Assembly (NCBI GenBank): GCA_031272545.1
Contig: JAISTP010000022.1
Span: 1,533-65,532 of the forward strand
Length of the DNA stretch: 64,000 bases
Direction of reading: 5' to 3'
From: Bacilli bacterium
Lineage (GTDB): Bacteria > Bacillota_I > Bacilli_A > JAJDGJ01
The notes under the pieces: model-generated
Seen by the model: only the letters and a program-made list of their open reading frames with translations
Database searches by the model: none
What the model was told of the DNA's origin: nothing
Shown: positions 1 to 10,291 of the stretch, piece by piece
How positions within the stretch are numbered: position 1 is the stretch's first letter
How the letters are laid out: every line of letters begins with the position of its first letter
Program-made: the position numbers and the translations under genes

Positions 1-823
1 CTTTATTTTGATTACTGTAGTATTCAGTTAAATAGTTGACTAAAGAAACGGAACGATGATGTCCACCAGTACAACCAAAACCAATTACTAAATAAGAACG
101 ATTAGTAGCTTGTTGTTCTTTAATACAATAATCTAAAAGGGGAATTAAATTATTTAAAAAAACTTGTGTTTCTTTTTGTTTCATTACAAAATCAAAGACC
201 ATATTGTCATTACCAGTTAATAACTTCATATTATCATCATAATATGGATTGGGAATAAATCTAACATCAAAAGCATAATCTAAATCTTGCGGTATCCCAA
301 ATTTATAACCATAAGATACAAAGCATAATCTAAATAATGATTTCATATCCTTGTTTAATGCTTTCGCTAAATAGCTCCGTAATTTAGCTTCAGTTAACTT
401 ACTAGTATCAATGATAAGATCAGCTTTATTTCTAATACTTTGAAGATTTAACCTTTCTTGCATAACAGCTTCACTTAATAAATCAAATTCATTAATAAAA
501 GGATGTTGTTTTCTAGTAATTTGAAATCTTCTTTTTAAAATTTCATCTTTAACATCTAAATAAACAATTTTAATTTTTAACCAATCATATGAACGTAAAG
601 TAACAATCATATTAGTTATCTTTTCTTCATTTACATTTGAATTAATCGCAATAGCATAATATTGATAATTTTCTTCTTTATTTAAAACATTAATTGTATT
701 GCTGACTAAATCAACTGGTAAATTATCAATACAATAATAACCAATACTTTCTAAATAAGCCATAGTTATTGATTTACCAGCACCTGAAATACCACAAACT
801 AAAACTAATTCTTTATTATCCAT
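1..823 (-). CDS. rapZ: RapZ/YvcJ-family P-loop nucleotide-binding protein; C-terminal part runs off the window start
   Basis: My own minus-strand translation from the ATG at 821-823 gives MDNKELVLVCGISGAGKSITMAYLESIGYYCIDNLPVD..., with P-loop GISGAGKS. The frame stays open to position 1. Absent from the ORF track because it is partial. Confidence 0.75.
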   Translation of the reverse strand, partial: MDNKELVLVCGISGAGKSITMAYLESIGYYCIDNLPVDLVSNTINVLNKEENYQYYAIAINSNVNEEKITNMIVTLRSYDWLKIKIVYLDVKDEILKRRFQITRKQHPFINEFDLLSEAVMQERLNLQSIRNKADLIIDTSKLTEAKLRSYLAKALNKDMKSLFRLCFVSYGYKFGIPQDLDYAFDVRFIPNPYYDDNMKLLTGNDNMVFDFVMKQKETQVFLNNLIPLLDYCIKEQQATNRSYLVIGFGCTGGHHRSVSLVNYLTEYYSNQNK

Positions 824-842
824 GATATCACCCCTAAATAGT

Positions 843-866
843 CAAAAAAGAGTGGTAACACTCTTT
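843..866 (-). terminator. Intrinsic terminator after rplS
   Basis: Hairpin AGAGTG-GTAA-CACTCT flanked by A and T runs, directly 3' of the rplS stop. Confidence 0.55.
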
Positions 867-1214
867 TTATCTCTTTTCTTTAATTCTTGCAGATTTACCA
901 GAACGTTCTCTAAGATAGAATAATTTATTACGTCTAACTTTACCACGACGAATAACTTCAATCTTTGCAACACGTGGTGAATGTAATGGGAATGTTCTTT
1001 CAACACCAACACCACTAGAAATCTTTCTAACAGTATAAGTTTCTGAAATTCCGCCACCTTGACGTTTAATTACTACACCTTCAAATACTTGGATACGTTC
1101 TCTATTACCTTCAACGATTTTAACGTGAACACGAACAGTATCTCCTGAATTAAATTCAGGAATATCGGATTTGATTTGACGTTTAGTAATGTCTTCAACA
1201 ACTCTTAAATTCAT
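867..1214 (-). CDS. rplS: 50S ribosomal protein L19
   Basis: Typical L19 sequence ([29 protein letters not shown]..., [10 protein letters not shown]). The ATG at 1214 is preceded by AGGAGTG; the ORF-track start at 1223 is a GTG with no SD. Confidence 0.95.
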   Translation of the reverse strand: MNLRVVEDITKRQIKSDIPEFNSGDTVRVHVKIVEGNRERIQVFEGVVIKRQGGGISETYTVRKISSGVGVERTFPLHSPRVAKIEVIRRGKVRRNKLFYLRERSGKSARIKEKR

Positions 1215-1490
1215 TTCTCTCACTCCTACTAAATTTTACCTTGTGATTAATATTAATACCAGCGCACAAAGTTCACTTAATTAAATAAGCTTATTTATTA
1301 TACCTTTTTTATAATATAGATGCAATAATAAGTTTAATATTACTAATTTATTAGTATAAATTAATAATCAATTTACTAAATATTTCCATAATTAAAAAAT
1401 AGAATAATGTATGAAATATAATAGTTTTATTTACATAAACAATACTATTACTTAATTTAAGCAATCTGCTAAATGCAAATTATAATTAAT

Positions 1491-3488
1491 TTATTTTACT
1501 TTCTTTTTATGTTCTATTATATCTATTTCTTTTCTTTTACCCATAATTAATGGAATTATTTCCGTAGTATATTCACTAAATTCTAAACCGAACCATTTAG
1601 CTGGTGATGTCGTAAACTTTTTAATAGTTAATTTCATTTGAATAATTTGTTTAGCCAATTTATCAATACGATAGTTATTAGATAATCGTTCTTCTATTAA
1701 AATATATCTAAAATCTCCTACATCGCTAGAAACACTACCAAATTTTTGTGTTTGTGGTGCTAATCTTCCATCATCTATTAATTTTCTAATAATTCTTCTT
1801 AAGTATATAGTTACATTTTGATTTAATTTAAAACCTAAGTGAAGTTTAACAATAACAATATAATCAGTATCCAACATATCTATTTCATAATATTTAGTGT
1901 ATGGAGCACTATCTACTTCAATTGAAACAAACCAGTAAACACTAGCTCTTTTAGGATGTCTATCTAAAATAGAAGAGATAACATTTCTTCTTACTTTATA
2001 ATCTTTTAAATGTGTTGTTAGATAAACTAAATTTGTTTGTAATAAATTATAACTAGTATCATTTCTTAATTTTAATAATTGATCTTTATAATCTCTTAAA
2101 TCAAGTAACTTAGTATATTTTTTAACAACAACATCCGCATAATGCCATATGGCAATTATTGATAGAATTAATAAAGCTATTATAACTGCAATGTATCCAC
2201 CATGTAAGAATTTAACAGCACATGAGATAAAGAATAATGTTTCAATACTTCCAAAGAAAATAACAATAGGAAAAGCAATTTTCTTAGAAATATTCTTATA
2301 TCTTAAATAGAAGAATAACAGGCAAGTACTCATTAACATCGTAATAGTGATACTTAATCCATAAGCAGCTTCCATTTTACTACTATACTTAAAGAAAAGA
2401 ACCACAAAACAAGTACCAATCCACAATAATAAAGCAACACTAGGTAAATATACTTGAGATATTTCTCGTGAAGGATAATGCGTTTTTAATTTAGGCAATA
2501 ATCTTAATTTAATCGCAATACTAACTAAAGAAAAACTACCACTTATTAAAGCTTGTGAAGCAATAATAGCTGCAATTGTCGCAATAACAACACTGAATAT
2601 CTTTAAAGGATCATCTACCATCGCAAAGAAAGGATTAAGATCATCAACATTTAAGTAACTAGGATTATCTTTAACACTTAATAACCAAGCTGCTTGACCA
2701 AAATAAGAAAGTATTAAACATAATTTAACATAAGGCCAAGACAATCTAATATTCTTTTTACCAACATGTCCTAAATCTGCATATAAATCTTCAGCTCCAG
2801 TAGTTGCTAGAAAAATACTACCTAAAATAAATATACCCATTTTATTACCAGGACTGGATAATAATTCAATAGCATAATAAGGATTAATGGCTTTTAATAT
2901 TTCTAAATTACCTATTAAATGAGAAAGACCAATTAAACCAATAAAAGTAAACCAAATAAACATAATAGGACCAAAACTTTTTCCTAAAAAATCAGTTCCA
3001 AAACGTTGAATTAGAAATAATAAAGTAATAATTGTTAAACTTATCACAACGATAATATTTTGATTATCACCAATGGTATTTGCGAATAAAGGTATTCCTT
3101 TTAATCCCTCAGCACTTGAAGTTATAGTTACAGCAGGTGTTAAAACCGAATCAGCTAATAATGTAGCTCCGCCAATAGCCGCTGGTATTAATAAATATTT
3201 AGCTTTTTTACGAACTAATAAAAATAATGAAAAAATACCACCTTCACCATTGTTATCCGCATTTAATAAAATTGTGACATATTTGATTGTAGTTAGAATA
3301 GTTATTGTCCATAATATTAAAGATACACTACCAATAATAAAATTCTCACTTATATTAGCTAATCCACCTTGTCCTTGAACAATAGATTTCATAACATATA
3401 AAGGAGAAGTTCCAATATCACCATAAACTATTCCTAAAGCTACTAAAATACCACTTAATTTTAATTTTTTCTTAATATCTTTACTCAT
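1491..3488 (-). CDS. kup: KUP/HAK/KT family potassium uptake protein
   Basis: GDIGTSPLY signature near the N-terminus, a multi-TM N-terminal half plus a cytoplasmic C-terminal domain, 665 aa. Confidence 0.9.
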   Translation of the reverse strand: MSKDIKKKLKLSGILVALGIVYGDIGTSPLYVMKSIVQGQGGLANISENFIIGSVSLILWTITILTTIKYVTILLNADNNGEGGIFSLFLLVRKKAKYLLIPAAIGGATLLADSVLTPAVTITSSAEGLKGIPLFANTIGDNQNIIVVISLTIITLLFLIQRFGTDFLGKSFGPIMFIWFTFIGLIGLSHLIGNLEILKAINPYYAIELLSSPGNKMGIFILGSIFLATTGAEDLYADLGHVGKKNIRLSWPYVKLCLILSYFGQAAWLLSVKDNPSYLNVDDLNPFFAMVDDPLKIFSVVIATIAAIIASQALISGSFSLVSIAIKLRLLPKLKTHYPSREISQVYLPSVALLLWIGTCFVVLFFKYSSKMEAAYGLSITITMLMSTCLLFFYLRYKNISKKIAFPIVIFFGSIETLFFISCAVKFLHGGYIAVIIALLILSIIAIWHYADVVVKKYTKLLDLRDYKDQLLKLRNDTSYNLLQTNLVYLTTHLKDYKVRRNVISSILDRHPKRASVYWFVSIEVDSAPYTKYYEIDMLDTDYIVIVKLHLGFKLNQNVTIYLRRIIRKLIDDGRLAPQTQKFGSVSSDVGDFRYILIEERLSNNYRIDKLAKQIIQMKLTIKKFTTSPAKWFGLEFSEYTTEIIPLIMGKRKEIDIIEHKKKVK

Positions 3489-3744
3489 TTTATCACCGTT
3501 AATTTTTAATTGCGTTATTCATTATACACTTGATGCAACACATGTAAATTATCTTTACATAAAATTAACATTTTTATTTTTATTGTAATAAAGATTAAAT
3601 TATACTTATTATAAATATAATATTTTCTATATATATTTTTTATTATTATATTAATATAACTAAAAGTTTTTCTTATTTAATTATTGTACATTTTATGTTT
3701 TAATAGTAAAATAACACTATATTAAGATAAAGGAGATATTTTTA

Positions 3745-4995
3745 ATGAAGAGTTTATTAAAAAAGTATACTGAAACTAGTTTAATTCTTAGAATAGTTAT
3801 CGGTATGATTATTGGTCTATGTTTAGCATTAATTGTTCCTAACATTGAAGTTATTGGTATGTTAGGTTCTATTTTTGTTGGGGCTTTAAAAGCAACTGCT
3901 CCAATGTTAGTATTCTTCCTTGTTATGAGTGCTATTTCTCATCATAAACAAGGTCAAAAAACTAATATGAGTCGTATTATTGTTTTATATATACTAAGTA
4001 CTTTCTTAGCTGCCGCTGCTGCTGTAGTAGTTAGTTTTTTATTCCCAACTACTTTAGTACTTACTAGTGCCGCACAAGATGTTGCCCCACCTAGTGGAAT
4101 TGGTGAAGTGTTAAAAACTTTAGTAATGAATATAGTTGATAATCCAGTAAATGCCTTAGTTAATGCTAACTATATTGGTATTCTATTTTGGGCATTATTA
4201 ATTGGTTTTGCTTTTAAAGGTTTTGCTAGTGATAATACTAAAGACGTTGTATCTAATATTTCAAAAGCTTTTGGTACAATTGTTAGATGGATCATTAATT
4301 GTGCTCCATTTGGTATTTTAGGTTTAATGTATAAAACTGTATCTGAAACTGGAATTCAAGCATTGCTTGGTTATGGTAGATTAATCTTAATTTTAGTTGG
4401 AACTATGTTACTAATGGCTTTAGTCATTAATCCTATTATGGTCTTTATTAATACTAGAAAAAATCCATATCCATTAGTTTTTAAATGTCTTAAAGATTCA
4501 GGATTAACTGCTTTCTTTACTCGTAGTTCAGCTGCTAATATTCCAGTAAATATGGAATTATGTGAAGAGCTTGGTCTTGATGAAGATACCTATTCAGTAT
4601 CAATTCCTTTAGGAGCTACTATTAATATGGCAGGTGCATCTGTAACAATCACGGTTCTTGCTTTAGCTGCAGCCCATACTTTAGGTATTAATGTCGATGC
4701 ACCATCAGCTATTATTCTTTCTGTATTAGCCGCTGTCTCTGCTTGTGGTGCTTCTGGAGTATCAGGAGGATCATTATTATTAATTCCATTAGCATGTTCA
4801 TTATTTGGTATATCTAATGATGTAGCTATGCAAGTAGTTGGGGTTGGGTTTATCATTGGCGTAATTCAAGATTCTTGTGAAACTGCCTTAAACTCATCAA
4901 GTGATGTTTTATTTACCGCAACAGCTGAATTTAATCAATGGCGTAAACAAGGAAAAGAAATAGTTTATAATTGGAAAAAGAAAACAAATAAATAG
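3745..4995 (+). CDS. sstT: Serine/threonine:sodium symporter SstT (DAACS family)
   Basis: Colinear with remembered E. coli SstT blocks ([45 protein letters not shown]). SD AAAGGAGA lies upstream. Confidence 0.9.
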   Translation: MKSLLKKYTETSLILRIVIGMIIGLCLALIVPNIEVIGMLGSIFVGALKATAPMLVFFLVMSAISHHKQGQKTNMSRIIVLYILSTFLAAAAAVVVSFLFPTTLVLTSAAQDVAPPSGIGEVLKTLVMNIVDNPVNALVNANYIGILFWALLIGFAFKGFASDNTKDVVSNISKAFGTIVRWIINCAPFGILGLMYKTVSETGIQALLGYGRLILILVGTMLLMALVINPIMVFINTRKNPYPLVFKCLKDSGLTAFFTRSSAANIPVNMELCEELGLDEDTYSVSIPLGATINMAGASVTITVLALAAAHTLGINVDAPSAIILSVLAAVSACGASGVSGGSLLLIPLACSLFGISNDVAMQVVGVGFIIGVIQDSCETALNSSSDVLFTATAEFNQWRKQGKEIVYNWKKKTNK

Positions 4996-5000
4996 AAATA

Positions 5001-5027
5001 AAAAGATATTGAAATTCAATATCTTTT
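5001..5027. terminator. Bidirectional terminator between convergent sstT and the ltaS-like gene
   Basis: Perfect hairpin AAAAGATATTGAA/TTCAATATCTTTT with A and T runs on both sides. Confidence 0.6.
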
Positions 5028-5028
5028 T

Positions 5029-6852
5029 TCATTTCTTAATTTCATGATTATATTTAAAATCAGAACTTTCAATATAATAATCACTAAAATAATTAGATTT
5101 AATAATTTTATCACTTATTGAAAATGACTTCTTAATATTAGCTGCCATATCTTTATCAACATTACCTAGAATAATACCATTATTTTCAATAACATAACCA
5201 ATATTATCTTCTAATAAATTATTACCCATAGCTGTATCTTGATATTCTTTTTTATCAACACCTAACAAAGATAATACGGTAGGCATAATATCTATTTCGC
5301 CACCTACTTTTGAAATTTCTTCTCCAATCATACCTTTGCTATAAATTATTAAAGGAATCTTACCATCATTTTCATAATCACTAACATTACCAACTTCTTT
5401 TTCAATAGTAGCATCTGTTGTATATTTATGTAATCCTTCATGATCACCATAAATAACAATTATTGTATTATCTAATTGATTATCTTTATCTAAAGTATCA
5501 ATAAAATTGCCAATAGCACTATCAGTATAATGTACTGCTTGATAATAACGTCCAACTACAGTATTATTAATAGAATCATCTAATTTTAAAGTTTGCATCT
5601 CTTCTGGTATTTTAAATGGCGTATGTGATGTTTCAGTAACTGTAAAAAGATAATATTTATTCTTTTGTTCATTACATAACTGAGCTACTTGTTGTAAGTT
5701 TGCATCATCTTTAAGCCCCATAAAAAACATATCTTCTTTATTAGCTTTCATACCATCAATATCTATTACTTCATCAAAACCTAAATTTGGTAAATAAACA
5801 TTTTTATTCCAAAAATAACTTTTACCACTATGAATAGCGATACTATGATAATCATCTTCTCTTAATAAAACAGGAAGACTATTATAATGATTATAAGGAT
5901 ATAAATATGATTGAGCCCCATTTCTTAAAGGTAATATCGAAGTATTAACCATAAAATCTGCATCACTACTATTACCTTCATTTACTTGTTCATGAACATT
6001 ATTAAAGTAATAACTATTCTTTAATAACTTATTTAAGTTAGGAGTAATTTCTTGGCCATCAACACTTTTATTAATTACAAAATTTTCTAAACTCTCTACT
6101 TGTAAAAAAATAACATTTTTATCTTTAAAAACACCAAAATCACTAACTTTACCAACATTAGTATTTTTAATCTTAAAATAATCCTCAATACTATTTTTTA
6201 CACTATTTTTTGATACTCTTTTATTCAAATCATTAATAAACGAATCAATATCATAATAATGATAACCAATAATACTTAATTTAGCACCTGTTTCAATTTT
6301 AGTTGGTTTTGGTGAAAAAATTTCATCATATCGCGAGATAATAAAACCACAAAATATTAAATAAACCATAAAAATTAATTTAACTTTAATACTTTTATTT
6401 TCTTCACCAGCAACTAAATTTAATAATTTCTTGTGAAAGACTATTAATAATATTGGATCAATAAAGATAATGATATCTAAAGGTTTAATTAAAGCTAAAG
6501 CAGAAGAACCAATTATTCCAAATAATTTATATTGAAAAATATTATAAATACTTATATAAGATTCAAAGCTTCTAAAATAAATTAAATCGGCATACATAAG
6601 AACACTTAAAATAATATCTAAAATCATTAATATTTTATAAGTTGTCTTATTATTAAATATTAAGCTTATCGCAAAATAAGAAAAAGCACAAAAAAGATAT
6701 GAAAGAAGATAACGATTTATTTCAAAATTAGTATCTTTAATCAAAACATCCTCTTGTGAATGAACAACCATCGTAAATATTATTAACTTTATAAAAACAA
6801 ACAAAGATAATAATAAGTAAATAATATTTATTTTAGAAAATAATTTTTTCAA
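5029..6852 (-). CDS. LTA synthase family protein (membrane-anchored sulfatase-type phosphoglycerol transferase)
   Basis: About 5 N-terminal TM helices followed by an extracellular alkaline-phosphatase/sulfatase-like domain (ETSHTPF, VIYGDHEG). Confidence 0.7.
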   Translation of the reverse strand: MKKLFSKINIIYLLLSLFVFIKLIIFTMVVHSQEDVLIKDTNFEINRYLLSYLFCAFSYFAISLIFNNKTTYKILMILDIILSVLMYADLIYFRSFESYISIYNIFQYKLFGIIGSSALALIKPLDIIIFIDPILLIVFHKKLLNLVAGEENKSIKVKLIFMVYLIFCGFIISRYDEIFSPKPTKIETGAKLSIIGYHYYDIDSFINDLNKRVSKNSVKNSIEDYFKIKNTNVGKVSDFGVFKDKNVIFLQVESLENFVINKSVDGQEITPNLNKLLKNSYYFNNVHEQVNEGNSSDADFMVNTSILPLRNGAQSYLYPYNHYNSLPVLLREDDYHSIAIHSGKSYFWNKNVYLPNLGFDEVIDIDGMKANKEDMFFMGLKDDANLQQVAQLCNEQKNKYYLFTVTETSHTPFKIPEEMQTLKLDDSINNTVVGRYYQAVHYTDSAIGNFIDTLDKDNQLDNTIIVIYGDHEGLHKYTTDATIEKEVGNVSDYENDGKIPLIIYSKGMIGEEISKVGGEIDIMPTVLSLLGVDKKEYQDTAMGNNLLEDNIGYVIENNGIILGNVDKDMAANIKKSFSISDKIIKSNYFSDYYIESSDFKYNHEIKK

Positions 6853-6883
6853 ACTTACCCCTTCTTAATGACTATAAAAATAA

Positions 6884-7342
6884 TTAAAATAATTTTAAAA
6901 TAGCATCCTTACCTTTAACTAATGTACGATTATGTTCTTCATCATAAACATAGGCATAAATATCACAATCAATATTATTACTCTTTGTTTTATAATCAAG
7001 ATAATCTTGCATTAATTTATATTCCCCTTCATGTAATGCATCTAACATATTAAATTTTTCATAACCTAATTCTTCAAAACTTTTCGCAACGACATCCATA
7101 CTACTAATATCTATTTCATCTACATGATATTTTTTTAATAATAAATGTAAATATTCTAAACCAACACCAAATTTCTTCGCATAATTATAACCATAATAAG
7201 CATTATTAATGTCTTCACTAGCATTATAATCATATCCAATAATTTCAACATCAATATCTTTCTTTTTATTTATATCGATTAGTTTATCAACTAATTCGTA
7301 ACTATCTTTATTAAGAAAATCAAGATAGATAATACACTTCAT
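6884..7342 (-). CDS. DsbA/FrnE-like thioredoxin-fold protein lacking the CxxC motif (putative)
   Basis: Visible paralogy to the CPYC-containing ORF at 45682-46248 (G.GL.f.H......y.vD....S; ..LG..K blocks). The ATG at 7342 has better SD spacing than 7351. Confidence 0.35.
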   Translation of the reverse strand: MKCIIYLDFLNKDSYELVDKLIDINKKKDIDVEIIGYDYNASEDINNAYYGYNYAKKFGVGLEYLHLLLKKYHVDEIDISSMDVVAKSFEELGYEKFNMLDALHEGEYKLMQDYLDYKTKSNNIDCDIYAYVYDEEHNRTLVKGKDAILKLF

Positions 7343-7453
7343 AATAATCATCCTTTCAATATTTAATAATTATACTACAATTAATGATACTTTTCTTACA
7401 ATAAGTCACAAAAGTTCTAAGATGATGTATAATAGTTAAAAAAGGAGGATAAT

Positions 7454-8122
7454 ATGATTAAAATAATAACTAATTTTATTGATACTCATTATTATATAGT
7501 TTTTATCTTTATGATAATTGTTTTAATATTAGTCCTTCTTTTATTAAGAAAAATATATCTTTATTTCCATGGAAATTTTGGAGAAGGTAATATTTATAAA
7601 AGATTAAGAAGATTATATAACGAATATGATTATCCCTTTATCAAACAGATAATATTAAGTTATAATAATAAAAGTTATGCTTATTATGATGCTATAGTCT
7701 TTGGAGATTATTATATTTATGTATTTGATATTAAAAATCATCATACTACTCTTAAAATAGATCCAATTGATTATTGGCAATTTCAAGAAAAAGATGAAAT
7801 TATTACGATAATTAATCCTTTTTATGAATTAGAAATTAAAAAACATATTCTAAGAAGATATTTAGAAGTAGATGCTTATCGTATTATTGATGTTGTTATT
7901 ATTAATGATAAAACCAAAGTAGTTGGACAAAAAGGTAATCATCATCTTATTAAGCCAAGTCAAATAACTTCATTGATAAGACATTATGAACAAGAAGCAA
8001 CAGTATCAAAGATGAATCCTAAGTTTATTGAAAAAATAGGTAATAACATATTAACTATCAATCAAAAGAAAAATAGAAGAAAAATAATTAATAATATTAA
8101 AAATCAACGAGTAAAGGAGTAA
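7454..8122 (+). CDS. NERD-domain protein with an N-terminal TM anchor
   Basis: GNFGEGNIYKRL ... YDAIVFGDYYIYVFDIKNH fits the NERD GxxGE / D..v / (D/E).K pattern. One N-terminal TM helix. Confidence 0.5.
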   Translation: MIKIITNFIDTHYYIVFIFMIIVLILVLLLLRKIYLYFHGNFGEGNIYKRLRRLYNEYDYPFIKQIILSYNNKSYAYYDAIVFGDYYIYVFDIKNHHTTLKIDPIDYWQFQEKDEIITIINPFYELEIKKHILRRYLEVDAYRIIDVVIINDKTKVVGQKGNHHLIKPSQITSLIRHYEQEATVSKMNPKFIEKIGNNILTINQKKNRRKIINNIKNQRVKE

Positions 8123-8126
8123 TAAT

Positions 8127-8774
8127 ATGAATATAAGTGCAATTATTTTAGCAGCTGGTAAAGGTACTAGAATGAATTTAGGTTTTAATAAAATGTTTTT
8201 AGAAGTAGATGGGGTTACTATAATTGAACATAGTGTTTATGAATTCTCTAAAATAAAAGAAATTAATCAAATTATCGTAGTCGTTAATCAAGAAGAGCTA
8301 ACACAAATGCAGGATATTTTAAGAAATTATCATGTTCAATTTTGTATCGGTGGTAATAAAAGATATCAATCAGTTTATCAAGGATTACAACATGTCGATA
8401 ATGAATATGTCTTAATTCATGATGGAGCACGTTGTTATGTCAGTGAAGATTTAATTAATCGTGTTATGACATCTTTAAAAGATGGTAATAATGCAGTATG
8501 TCTTGGAGTACCATCTAAAGATACTATTCATTATGTCGATGAAAATAATTACATTAATAAAATCATTGATCGTAACCAACTTTATATTGCGCAAACTCCG
8601 CAAGGATTTAAAACATCTACTATTTTAAAAGCCTATGATAATTTCTTAAATTCTAATAAGCGAATAAAAATGACTGACGATGCTATGATAGTAAAAGAAT
8701 GTACTAAAGAAGCTGTTAAAATAGTACAAGGAGAATATTATAATATTAAGGTTACTACCCAAGATGACATTTAA
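8127..8774 (+). CDS. ispD: 2-C-methyl-D-erythritol 4-phosphate cytidylyltransferase
   Basis: N-terminal AAGKGTRM motif; IspD length and C-terminal ITTQDD-like end. Confidence 0.9.
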   Translation: MNISAIILAAGKGTRMNLGFNKMFLEVDGVTIIEHSVYEFSKIKEINQIIVVVNQEELTQMQDILRNYHVQFCIGGNKRYQSVYQGLQHVDNEYVLIHDGARCYVSEDLINRVMTSLKDGNNAVCLGVPSKDTIHYVDENNYINKIIDRNQLYIAQTPQGFKTSTILKAYDNFLNSNKRIKMTDDAMIVKECTKEAVKIVQGEYYNIKVTTQDDI

Positions 8775-9942
8775 AAAGATGATAGTAACAGGAATTGTTG
8801 TCGAGTATAATCCTTTTCATAATGGTCATGTATATCATATTGAACAAGCACGTAAATTAACTAATTGTGATTTATTAATAGCTATTATGTCCAGTACTTT
8901 CATGCAACGAGGCGAACCAGCTATCTTAAATAAATTCATTAGAACAAAATGGGCTTTAGAAAATAATATTGATTTAGTTATTGAATTACCAACTTATTAT
9001 TCTTTACAATCAGCTGAGTATTTTGGTAATGGAGCCATCACTTTATTAAATGAATTTAATATTGATTATCTTTGTTTTGGTTCTGAAAGTAATGATCTTA
9101 GTAATTTAAGAAAAGCTGCTTTAATTAATAAAGATAGTGCTTACCAATTAAAAGTTAAAGAATTAATGAAACAAGGATTAAGATATGCTAACGCATGTAA
9201 TGAAGCATTAATTGAATTTAATATTAAACCCATTACTAAATCAAATGATATTCTAGCTTTATCTTATCTCCAAGCTATTGAACAAAATAACTTTAACATT
9301 AAAGCAATAACAATTCAAAGAACTAATTCTTTTCTTGATACTACTTTATCTAATAATACAATAAGTGCTCAAGCTTTAAGAAAAGCTCTTAAGGAAAAAG
9401 AAGATATAACCAAATATACTCCTGTCGCAAATGATATTAATAAGTATCATCATGAAATTGTTTTCTTAGATGATTATTTTGATTTACTTAAATATAAGAT
9501 TTTAACAATGTCACTTAATGATTTAAAACAAATACATAATATGGTTGAAGGAATAGAATATAAAATAAAAAAAGAAATTAATCATGTTAATTCCATAACT
9601 GAATTAGTAGAAGTATTATCTTCTAAAAGATATCCCAAAACAAGAATTCAAAGATTATTAATATATATCTTAACTAATATAACTAAAGATGAGATTAATA
9701 ATATAGAGATTGATTATCTCCGTATCTTAGGAATGAATGAGAAAGCTCAAAAATATCTTAGAAGAATAAAGAATAATACTAATTATCATATTGTAACTAG
9801 TTTTAGTGAATATCAAAGTAAAGGCTTAGATTTAGAATTAAAAATATCACAAATTTATAGCTTAGCTAAAAAAGATATTAATTATCTAAGTGATAAAGAA
9901 TATAAACAACCAGTAATTATATATAAAAAAAATAGATTATAA
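8764..9942 (+). CDS. tmcAL: tRNA(Met) cytidine acetate ligase (YlbM/TmcAL family nucleotidyltransferase)
   Basis: EYNPFHNGHVYH HIGH-type motif at the N-terminus, about 390 aa. Overlaps the ispD end by 11 nt. Confidence 0.8.
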   Translation: MTFKKMIVTGIVVEYNPFHNGHVYHIEQARKLTNCDLLIAIMSSTFMQRGEPAILNKFIRTKWALENNIDLVIELPTYYSLQSAEYFGNGAITLLNEFNIDYLCFGSESNDLSNLRKAALINKDSAYQLKVKELMKQGLRYANACNEALIEFNIKPITKSNDILALSYLQAIEQNNFNIKAITIQRTNSFLDTTLSNNTISAQALRKALKEKEDITKYTPVANDINKYHHEIVFLDDYFDLLKYKILTMSLNDLKQIHNMVEGIEYKIKKEINHVNSITELVEVLSSKRYPKTRIQRLLIYILTNITKDEINNIEIDYLRILGMNEKAQKYLRRIKNNTNYHIVTSFSEYQSKGLDLELKISQIYSLAKKDINYLSDKEYKQPVIIYKKNRL

Positions 9943-9951
9943 TCTATTTTT

Positions 9952-10224
9952 TTAATTTCCTTGTGAATGTTTTTTAATAATTTCATTAATTTCTTTCTCT
10001 AAGAAACCTCTTGATGTAAACCAATTAACAATATTATCATAACTTACTTCACTATTTAAAAATGTTTTTAAGGCTGATAAACAATTAGTAATATACTTTT
10101 TTTCTAATGGGAATAATACTACTTCACCAATATCAGTACCATTGTTTAAACTAATAATTACTACACTATTTAAATAATTTGAAATATTAATATTTAATGG
10201 TAAATTTGTTTCTTTTGTACTCAT
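9952..10224 (-). CDS. Hypothetical small protein
   Basis: ORF with the ATG at 10224 preceded by AAGAGGGA; the ORF-track start at 10281 is a GTG without an SD. No recognisable motif. Confidence 0.4.
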   Translation of the reverse strand: MSTKETNLPLNINISNYLNSVVIISLNNGTDIGEVVLFPLEKKYITNCLSALKTFLNSEVSYDNIVNWFTSRGFLEKEINEIIKKHSQGN

Positions 10225-10291
10225 TAATAATCCCTCTTTCTTATAAGATACATTTATTATATATCTTTTTGAAAATAACACAATGAAGTAC

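Noticed and set aside
842-1057. Short ORFs antisense to longer genes. This one is antisense to rplS. Others: 3073-3378, 4590-4856, 15153-15365, 19495-19677 (same strand but out of frame), 26330-26542, 33041-33313, 33719-33937, 37199-37447, 37490-37693, 40091-40279, 43133-43321, 44935-45126, 55009-55362 and 59687-59872.
   Set aside because: All lie entirely or almost entirely inside well-supported longer genes. They lack SD sequences and have low-complexity I/L/K/N/S-rich translations typical of shadow frames in AT-rich DNA.
1224-1330. Possible L19 ribosomal-protein leader upstream of rplS.
   Set aside because: Only a weak CTTTGTG/CACAAGG stem is visible. I cannot match it to the known L19 leader consensus by eye, so it is left uncalled pending a covariance-model scan.
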